Part shown: positions 1 to 10,000 of the stretch, piece by piece | Layout of the letters: every line of letters begins with the position of its first letter | Position numbering within the stretch: the first letter of the stretch is position 1 | Assembly: GCA_002189035.1 (NCBI GenBank) | Contig: NEEC01000057.1 | Coordinates: 1-39,894 of the forward strand | Length of the DNA: 39,894 nt | DNA from: Utricularia gibba | Lineage: Eukaryota; Plantae; Magnoliophyta | Direction: 5' to 3' | Notes under the pieces: generated by a model | Seen by the model: only the letters and a program-made list of their open reading frames with translations | Told to the model about the DNA's origin: nothing | Database searches by the model: none | Position numbers and translations under genes: made by a program

Positions 1-2860
1 CAACTAATTGAATCAATCAACAGCCAAAACATATGGTGTCAAACTTCATCGGATATGCGATCAAGATGGAAAAAGTCACATGTTACATCATGAATTTCGT
101 GCATCACTTATCCAACACTGTTGTATACTCAGGATATGCGTAAATATTTATTTTTAACAAATCCGGTGCACGTGTGATTTTTCGGCTGCATCCCGAATGG
201 TGATGCGCAATGAAATGACTATGTCGCACATCCTGGTCCACGAAGCACCTCTTCGAAAACATGTAGAGCCTTACTCTTCATAGCACACCATTGGGAAGCT
301 TTATTCGTGCTCCAAGTAATATCATATGGAGTTACGTTTTTCCGATAACTGTGGAATATTAAAAAACAACCTCAACGAAAAGTGTCTTCCGTGTCCTTCT
401 TGGTGGCTGCGTCTAAGAATGTGCTTCTCGTTCTCGACATTGATGCAAATGGGATACACGGCAAAAGAATCAAATAGCCACTAGAGACATGGTGTATGGG
501 AATGGTGCATCAAGAATCAGAAGTATCATAGCAACTAATTGAATCAATCAACAGCCAAAACATATGGTGTCAAACTTCATCGGATATGCGATCAAGATGG
601 AAAAAAGTCACATGTTACATCATGAATTTCGTGGCATCACTTATCCCAACACTGTTGTATACTCAGGATATGCGTAAATATTTATTTTTAACAAATCCGG
701 TGCACGTGTGATTTTTCGGCTGCATCCCGAATGGTGATGCGCAATGAAATGACTATGTCGCACATCCTGGTCCACGAAGCACCTCTTCGAAAAACATGTA
801 GAGCCTTACTCTTCATAGCACACCATTGGGAAGCTTTATTCGTGCTCCAAGTAATATCATATGGAGTTACGTTTTTCCGATAACTGTGGACATATTAAAA
901 ACAACCTCAACGAAAGTGTCTTCGTGTCCTTCCTTGGTGGCTGCGCTTAAGAATGCTTCTCGTTCTCGACATTGATGCAAATGGGATACACGGCAAAAGA
1001 ATCAAATAGCCACTAGAGACATGTGTATGGGAATGGTGCATCAAGAATCAGAAGTATCATAGCAACTAATTGAATCAATCAACAGCCAAAACATATGGTG
1101 TCAAACTTCATCGGATATGCGATCAAGATGGAAAAAAGTCACATGTTACATCATGAATTTCGTGGCATCACTTATCCCAACACTGTTGTATACTCAGGAT
1201 ATGCGTAAATATTTATTTTTAACAAATCCGGTGCACGTGTGATTTTTCGGCTGCATCCCGAATGGTGATGCGCAATGAAATGACTATGTCGCACATCCTG
1301 GTCCACGAAGCACCTCTTCGAAACATGTAGAGCCTTACTCTTCATAGCACACCATTGGGAAGCTTTATTCGTGCTCCAAGTAATATCATATGGAGTTACG
1401 TTTTTCCGATAACTGTGGACATATTAAAAACAACCTCAACGAAAAGTGTCTTCGTGTCCTTCCTTGGTGGCTGCGTCTAAGAATGTGCTTCTCGTTCTCG
1501 ACATTGATGCAAATGGATACACGGCAAAAGAATCAAATAGCCACTAGAGACATGGTGTATGGGAATGGTGCATCAAGAATCAGAAGTATCATAGCAACTA
1601 ATTGAATCAATCAACAGCCAAAACATATGGTGTCAAACTTCATCGGATATGCGATCAAGATGGAAAAAAGTCACATGTTACATCATGAATTTCGTGGCAT
1701 CACTTATCCAACACTGTTGTATACTCAGGATATGCGTAAATATTTATTTTTAACAAATCCGGTGCACGTGTGATTTTTCGGCTGCATCCCGAATGGTGAT
1801 GCGCAATGAAATGACTATGTCGCACATCCTGGTCCACGAAGCACCTCTTCGAAAACATGTAGAGCCTTACTCTTCATAGCACACCATTGGGAAGCTTTAT
1901 TCGTGCTCCAAGTAATATCATATGGAGTTACGTTTTTCCGATAACTGTGGACATATTAAAAACAACCTCAACGAAAAGTGTCTTCCGTGTCCTTCCTTGG
2001 TGGCTGCGTCTAAGAATGTGCTTCTCGTTCTCGACATTGATGCAAATGGGATACACGGCAAAAGAATCAAATAGCCACTAGAGACATGGTGTATGGAATG
2101 GTGCATCAAGAATCAGAAGTATCATAGCAACTAATTGAATCAATCAACAGCCAAAACATATGGTGTCAAACTTCATCGGATATGCGATCAAGATGGAAAA
2201 AAGTCACATGTTACATCATGAATTTCGTGGCATCACTTATCCCAACTGTTGTATACTCAGGATATGCGTAAATATTTATTTTTAACAAATCCGGTGCACG
2301 TGTGATTTTTCGGCTGCATCCCGAATGGTGATGCGCAATGAAATGACTATGTCGCACATCCTGGTCCACGAAGCACCTCTTCGAAACATGTAGAGCCTTA
2401 CTCTTCATAGCACACCATTGGGAAGCTTTTTCGTGCTCCAAGTAATATCATATGGAGTTACGTTTTTCCGATAACTGTGGACATATTAAAAACAACCTCA
2501 ACGAAAAGTGTCTTCTGTCCTTCCTTGGTGGCTGCGTCTAAGAATGTGCTTCTCGTTCTCGACATTGATGCAAATGGGATACACGGCAAAAGAATCAAAT
2601 AGCCACTAGAGACATGGTGTATGGGAATGGTGCATCAAGAATCAGAAGTATCATAGCAACTAATTGAATCAATCAACAGCCAAAACATATGGTGTCAAAC
2701 TTCATCGGATATGCGATCAAGATGGAAAAAAGTCACATGTTACATCATGAATTTCGTGGCATCACTTATCCCAACACTGTTGTATACTCAGGATATGCGT
2801 AAATATTTATTTTTAACAAATCCGGTGCACGTGTGATTTTTCGGCTGCATCCCGAATGGT

Positions 2861-2890
2861 GATGCGCATGCAACGAAGCACCTCTTCCAT
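2861..2890 (+). repeat. Monomer with ~31 bp deleted (about 26 + 5 bp)
   Basis: GATGCGCA-TGCA-ACGAAGCACCTCTTC-CATG replaces GATGCGCA-30nt-ACGAAGCACCTCTTC-GAAAA-CATG. Confidence 0.9.
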
Positions 2891-3763
2891 GTAGAGCCTT
2901 ACTCTTCATAGCACACCATTGGGAAGCTTTATTCGTGCTCCAAGTAATATCATATGGAGTTACGTTTTTCCGATAACTGTGGACATATTAAAAACAACCT
3001 CAACGAAAAGTGTCTTCGTGTCCTTCCTTGGTGGCTGCGTCTAAGAATGTGCTTCTCGTTCTCGACATTGATGCAAATGGGATACACGGCAAAAGAATCA
3101 AATAGCCACTAGAGACATGGTGTATGGGAATGGTGCATCAAGAATCAGAAGTATCATAGCAACTAATTGAATCAATCAACAGCCAAAACATATGGTGTCA
3201 AACTTCATCGGATATGCGATCAAGATGGAAAAAAGTCACATGTTACATCATGAATTTCGTGGCATCACTTATCCCAACACTGTTGTATACTCAGGATATG
3301 CGTAAATATTTATTTTTAACAAATCCGGTGCACGTGTGATTTTTCGGCTGCATCCCGAATGGTGATGCGCAATGAAATGACTATGTCGCACATCCTGGTC
3401 CACGAAGCACCTCTTCGAAAACATGTAGAGCCTTACTCTTCATAGCACACCATTGGGAAGCTTTATTCGTGCTCCAAGTAATATCATATGGAGTTACGTT
3501 TTTCCGATAACTGTGGACATATTAAAAACAACCTCAACGAAAAGTGTCTTCCGTGTCCTTCCTTGGTGGCTGCGTCTAAGAATGTGCTTCTCGTTCTCGA
3601 CATTGATGCAAATGGGATACACGGCAAAAGAATCAAATAGCCACTAGAGACATGGTGTATGGGAATGGTGCATCAAGAATCAGAAGTATCATAGCAACTA
3701 ATTGAATCAATCAACAGCCAAAACATATGGTGTCAAACTTCATCGGATATGCGATCAAGATGG

Positions 3764-3769
3764 AAAAAA
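3764..3769 (-). terminator. T6 run, RNA polymerase III terminator-like, 2 nt downstream of the 5S-like segment (one per monomer)
   Basis: The + strand A6 (TGGAAAAAAGTCAC) reads ...CATGTG-AC-TTTTTT on the minus strand, the position of the oligo-T terminator after plant 5S genes. The interpretation depends on the 5S homology call. Confidence 0.45.
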
Positions 3770-3771
3770 GT

Positions 3772-3890
3772 CACATGTTACATCATGAATTTCGTGGCAT
3801 CACTTATCCCAACACTGTTGTATACTCAGGATATGCGTAAATATTTATTTTTAACAAATCCGGTGCACGTGTGATTTTTCGGCTGCATCC
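3772..3890 (-). pseudogene. Degenerate 5S rRNA-like segment (angiosperm type), present once per monomer; representative copy
   Basis: Minus strand reads GGATGC-17nt-TGCACCGGAT-48nt-GGATAAGTGA-...-ATGTAACATGTG. Recalled angiosperm 5S reads GGATGC-17nt-TGCACCGGAT-47nt-GGATGGGTGA-...-GTGTTGCATCCC. Both are 119 nt. Manual alignment gives 22/33 at the 5' end, 13/20 around the C box with all 7 mismatches transitions, and 14/25 ungapped near the 3' end. Helices II and III cannot form, so it is not a functional rRNA. No database search was run. Confidence 0.6.
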
Positions 3891-4002
3891 CGAATGGTGA
3901 TGCGCAATGAAATGACTATGTCGCACATCCTGGTCCACGAAGCACCTCTTCGAAAACATGTAGAGCCTTACTCTTCATAGCACACCATTGGGAAGCTTTA
4001 TT

Positions 4003-4033
4003 CGTGCTCCAAGTAATATCATATGGAGTTACG
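4003..4033 (-). other. Small imperfect hairpin with loop TATGATATTACT (CRESS/geminivirus origin-like nonanucleotide variant TGATATTAC); one per monomer
   Basis: + strand CGTG-CTCCA-AGTAATATCATA-TGGAG-TTACG has a perfect 5-bp stem (4007-4011/4024-4028), extendable by CGT/ACG across a small internal loop. The hairpin is seen directly; origin function is speculative. Confidence 0.25.
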
Positions 4034-7000
4034 TTTTTCCGATAACTGTGGACATATTAAAAACAACCTCAACGAAAAGTGTCTTCCGTGTCCTTCCTTG
4101 GTGGCTGCGTCTAAGAATGTGCTTCTCGTTCTCGACATTGATGCAAATGGGATACACGGCAAAAGAATCAAATAGCCACTAGAGACATGGTGTATGGGAA
4201 TGGTGCATCAAGAATCAGAAGTATCATAGCAACTAATTGAATCAATCAACAGCCAAAACATATGGTGTCAAACTTCATCGGATATGCGATCAAGATGGAA
4301 AAAAGTCACATGTTACATCATGAATTTCGTGGCATCACTTATCCCAACACTGTTGTATACTCAGGATATGCGTAAATATTTATTTTTAACAAATCCGGTG
4401 CACGTGTGATTTTTCGGCTGCATCCCGAATGGTGATGCGCAATGAAATGACTATGTCGCACATCCTGGTCCACGAAGCACCTCTTCGAAAACATGTAGAG
4501 CCTTACTCTTCATAGCACACCATTGGGAAGCTTTATTCGTGCTCCAAGTAATATCATATGGAGTTACGTTTTTCCGATAACTGTGGACATATTAAAAACA
4601 ACCTCAACGAAAAGTGTCTTCCGTGTCCTTCCTTGGTGGCTGCGTCTAAGAATGTGCTTCTCGTTCTCGACATTGATGCAAATGGGATACACGGCAAAAG
4701 AATCAAATAGCCACTAGAGACATGGTGTATGGGAATGGTGCATCAAGAATCAGAAGTATCATAGCAACTAATTGAATCAATCAACAGCCAAAACATATGG
4801 TGTCAAACTTCATCGGATATGCGATCAAGATGGAAAAAAGTCACATGTTACATCATGAATTTCGTGGCATCACTTATCCCAACACTGTTGTATACTCAGG
4901 ATATGCGTAAATATTTATTTTTAACAAATCCGGTGCACGTGTGATTTTTCGGCTGCATCCCGAATGGTGATGCGCAATGAAATGACTATGTCGCACATCC
5001 TGGTCCACGAAGCACCTCTTCGAAAACATGTAGAGCCTTACTCTTCATAGCACACCATTGGGAAGCTTTATTCGTGCTCCAAGTAATATCATATGGAGTT
5101 ACGTTTTTCCGATAACTGTGGACATATTAAAAACAACCTCAACGAAAAGTGTCTTCCGTGTCCTTCCTTGGTGGCTGCGTCTAAGAATGTGCTTCTCGTT
5201 CTCGACATTGATGCAAATGGGATACACGGCAAAAGAATCAAATAGCCACTAGAGACATGGTGTATGGGAATGGTGCATCAAGAATCAGAAGTATCATAGC
5301 AACTAATTGAATCAATCAACAGCCAAAACATATGGTGTCAAACTTCATCGGATATGCGATCAAGATGGAAAAAAGTCACATGTTACATCATGAATTTCGT
5401 GGCATCACTTATCCCAACACTGTTGTATACTCAGGATATGCGTAAATATTTATTTTTAACAAATCCGGTGCACGTGTGATTTTTCGGCTGCATCCCGAAT
5501 GGTGATGCGCAATGAAATGACTATGTCGCACATCCTGGTCCACGAAGCACCTCTTCGAAAACATGTAGAGCCTTACTCTTCATAGCACACCATTGGGAAG
5601 CTTTATTCGTGCTCAAGTAATATCATATGGAGTTACGTTTTTCCGATAACTGTGGACATATTAAAAACAACCTCAACGAAAAGTGTCTTCGTGTCCTTCC
5701 TTGGTGGCTGCGTCTAAGAATGTGCTTCTCGTTCTCGACATTGATGCAAATGGGATACACGGCAAAAGAATCAAATAGCCACTAGAGACATGGTGTATGG
5801 GAATGGTGCATCAAGAATCAGAAGTATCATAGCAACTAATTGAATCAATCAACAGCCAAAACATATGGTGTCAAACTTCATCGGATATGCGATCAAGATG
5901 GAAAAAAGTCACATGTTACATCATGAATTTCGTGGCATCACTTATCCCAACACTGTTGTATACTCAGGATATGCGTAAATATTTATTTTTAACAAATCCG
6001 GTGCACGTGTGATTTTTCGGCTGCATCCCGAATGGTGATGCGCAATGAAATGACTATGTCGCACATCCTGGTCCACGAAGCACCTCTTCGAAAACATGTA
6101 GAGCCTTACTCTTCATAGCACACCATTGGGAAGCTTTATTCGTGCTCCAAGTAATATCATATGGAGTTACGTTTTTCCGATAACTGTGGACATATTAAAA
6201 ACAACCTCAACGAAAAGTGTCTTCGTGTCCTTCCTTGGTGGCTGCGTCTAAGAATGTGCTTCTCGTTCTCGACATTGATGCAAATGGGATACACGGCAAA
6301 AGAATCAAATAGCCACTAGAGACATGGTGTATGGGAATGGTGCATCAAGAATCAGAAGTATCATAGCAACTAATTGAATCAATCAACAGCCAAAACATAT
6401 GGTGTCAAACTTCATCGGATATGCGATCAAGATGGAAAAAAGTCACATGTTACATCATGAATTTCGTGGCATCACTTATCCCAACACTGTTGTATACTCA
6501 GGATATGCGTAAATATTTATTTTTAACAAATCCGGTGCACGTGTGATTTTTCGGCTGCATCCCGAATGGTGATGCGCAATGAAATGACTATGTCGCACAT
6601 CCTGGTCCACGAAGCACCTCTTCGAAAACATGTAGAGCCTTACTCTTCATAGCACACCATTGGGAAGCTTTATTCGTGCTCCAAGTAATATCATATGGAG
6701 TTACGTTTTTCCGATAACTGTGGACATATTAAAAACAACCTCAACGAAAAGTGTCTTCCGTGTCCTTCCTTGGTGGCTGCGTCTAAGAATGTGCTTCTCG
6801 TTCTCGACATTGATGCAAATGGGATACACGGCAAAAGAATCAAATAGCCACTAGAGACATGGTGTATGGGAATGGTGCATCAAGAATCAGAAGTATCATA
6901 GCAACTAATTGAATCAATCAACAGCCAAAACATATGGTGTCAAACTTCATCGGATATGCGATCAAGATGGAAAAAAGTCACATGTTACATCATGAATTTC

Positions 7001-10000
7001 GTGGCATCACTTATCCCAACACTGTTGTATACTCAGGATATGCGTAAATATTTATTTTTAACAAATCCGGTGCACGTGTGATTTTTCGGCTGCATCCCGA
7101 ATGGTGATGCGCAATGAAATGACTATGTCGCACATCCTGGTCCACGAAGCACCTCTTCGAAAACATGTAGAGCCTTACTCTTCATAGCACACCATTGGGA
7201 AGCTTTATTCGTGCTCCAAGTAATATCATATGGAGTTACGTTTTTCCGATAACTGTGGACATATTAAAAACAACCTCAACGAAAAGTGTCTTCCGTGTCC
7301 TTCCTTGGTGGCTGCGTCTAAGAATGTGCTTCTCGTTCTCGACATTGATGCAAATGGGATACACGGCAAAAGAATCAAATAGCCACTAGAGACATGGTGT
7401 ATGGGAATGGTGCATCAAGAATCAGAAGTATCATAGCAACTAATTGAATCAATCAACAGCCAAAACATATGGTGTCAAACTTCATCGGATATGCGATCAA
7501 GATGGAAAAAAGTCACATGTTACATCATGAATTTCGTGGCATCACTTATCCCAACACTGTTGTATACTCAGGATATGCGTAAATATTTATTTTTAACAAA
7601 TCCGGTGCACGTGTGATTTTTCGGCTGCATCCCGAATGGTGATGCGCAATGAAATGACTATGTCGCACATCCTGGTCCACGAAGCACCTCTTCGAAAACA
7701 TGTAGAGCCTTACTCTTCATAGCACACCATTGGGAAGCTTTATTCGTGCTCCAAGTAATATCATATGGAGTTACGTTTTTCCGATAACTGTGGACATATT
7801 AAAAACAACCTCAACGAAAAGTGTCTTCCGTGTCCTTCCTTGGTGGCTGCGTCTAAGAATGTGCTTCTCGTTCTCGACATTGATGCAAATGGGATACACG
7901 GCAAAAGAATCAAATAGCCACTAGAGACATGGTGTATGGGAATGGTGCATCAAGAATCAGAAGTATCATAGCAACTAATTGAATCAATCAACAGCCAAAA
8001 CATATGGTGTCAAACTTCATCGGATATGCGATCAAGATGGAAAAAAGTCACATGTTACATCATGAATTTCGTGGCATCACTTATCCCAACACTGTTGTAT
8101 ACTCAGGATATGCGTAAATATTTATTTTTAACAAATCCGGTGCACGTGTGATTTTTCGGCTGCATCCCGAATGGTGATGCGCAATGAAATGACTATGTCG
8201 CACATCCTGGTCCACGAAGCACCTCTTCGAAAACATGTAGAGCCTTACTCTTCATAGCACACCATTGGGAAGCTTTATTCGTGCTCCAAGTAATATCATA
8301 TGGAGTTACGTTTTTCCGATAACTGTGGACATATTAAAAACAACCTCAACGAAAAGTGTCTTCCGTGTCCTTCCTTGGTGGCTGCGTCTAAGAATGTGCT
8401 TCTCGTTCTCGACATTGATGCAAATGGGATACACGGCAAAAGAATCAAATAGCCACTAGAGACATGGTGTATGGGAATGGTGCATCAAGAATCAGAAGTA
8501 TCATAGCAACTAATTGAATCAATCAACAGCCAAAACATATGGTGTCAAACTTCATCGGATATGCGATCAAGATGGAAAAAAGTCACATGTTACATCATGA
8601 ATTTCGTGGCATCACTTATCCCAACACTGTTGTATACTCAGGATATGCGTAAATATTTATTTTTAACAAATCCGGTGCACGTGTGATTTTTCGGCTGCAT
8701 CCCGAATGGTGATGCGCAATGAAATGACTATGTCGCACATCCTGGTCCACGAAGCACCTCTTCGAAAACATGTAGAGCCTTACTCTTCATAGCACACCAT
8801 TGGGAAGCTTTATTCGTGCTCCAAGTAATATCATATGGAGTTACGTTTTTCCGATAACTGTGGACATATTAAAAACAACCTCAACGAAAAGTGTCTTCCG
8901 TGTCCTTCCTTGGTGGCTGCGTCTAAGAATGTGCTTCTCGTTCTCGACATTGATGCAAATGGGATACACGGCAAAAGAATCAAATAGCCACTAGAGACAT
9001 GGTGTATGGGAATGGTGCATCAAGAATCAGAAGTATCATAGCAACTAATTGAATCAATCAACAGCCAAAACATATGGTGTCAAACTTCATCGGATATGCG
9101 ATCAAGATGGAAAAAAGTCACATGTTACATCATGAATTTCGTGGCATCACTTATCCCAACACTGTTGTATACTCAGGATATGCGTAAATATTTATTTTTA
9201 ACAAATCCGGTGCACGTGTGATTTTTCGGCTGCATCCCGAATGGTGATGCGCAATGAAATGACTATGTCGCACATCCTGGTCCACGAAGCACCTCTTCGA
9301 AAACATGTAGAGCCTTACTCTTCATAGCACACCATTGGGAAGCTTTATTCGTGCTCCAAGTAATATCATATGGAGTTACGTTTTTCCGATAACTGTGGAC
9401 ATATTAAAAACAACCTCAACGAAAAGTGTCTTCCGTGTCCTTCCTTGGTGGCTGCGTCTAAGAATGTGCTTCTCGTTCTCGACATTGATGCAAATGGGAT
9501 ACACGGCAAAAGAATCAAATAGCCACTAGAGACATGGTGTATGGGAATGGTGCATCAAGAATCAGAAGTATCATAGCAACTAATTGAATCAATCAACAGC
9601 CAAAACATATGGTGTCAAACTTCATCGGATATGCGATCAAGATGGAAAAAAGTCACATGTTACATCATGAATTTCGTGGCATCACTTATCCCAACACTGT
9701 TGTATACTCAGGATATGCGTAAATATTTATTTTTAACAAATCCGGTGCACGTGTGATTTTTCGGCTGCATCCCGAATGGTGATGCGCAATGAAATGACTA
9801 TGTCGCACATCCTGGTCCACGAAGCACCTCTTCGAAAACATGTAGAGCCTTACTCTTCATAGCACACCATTGGGAAGCTTTATTCGTGCTCCAAGTAATA
9901 TCATATGGAGTTACGTTTTTCCGATAACTGTGGACATATTAAAAACAACCTCAACGAAAAGTGTCTTCCGTGTCCTTCCTTGGTGGCTGCGTCTAAGAAT

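Larger units (their letters stand above)
3695..4229 (+). repeat. Representative intact 535-bp monomer (phase set to the window start)
   Basis: Runs from CAACTAATTG (3695) to the base before the next CAACTAATTG (4230). Hand counts give 219/535 G+C and 21 CpG. It has one HindIII site, AAGCTT, at 3993-3998. Confidence 0.97.

Noticed and set aside
3453-3647. 64-aa ORF MGSFIRAPSN... repeated in most monomers
   Set aside because: It starts at TTG, has no recognisable domain or expression signals, and is freely broken by indels between copies. It is a chance frame multiplied by the repeat.
3735-3800. Hammerhead ribozyme-like words on the minus strand (CGAAA ... CCGAUGA)
   Set aside because: The core is CCGAUGA rather than CUGANGA, and stems I-III could not be paired around the motifs; no viroid-like rod fold was evident by eye.
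3772-3890. Functional 5S rRNA gene of a divergent organism
   Set aside because: Helix I pairs at only 6 of 9 positions, and helices II and III lack compensatory changes, so the 5S fold is not preserved.
3695-4229. Many 6-bp palindromes (HindIII, NdeI x2, PciI x2, ApaLI, CACGTG G-box etc.)
   Set aside because: About a dozen against roughly 8 expected by chance in 535 bp is not a convincing excess, and there is no context for a regulatory role.
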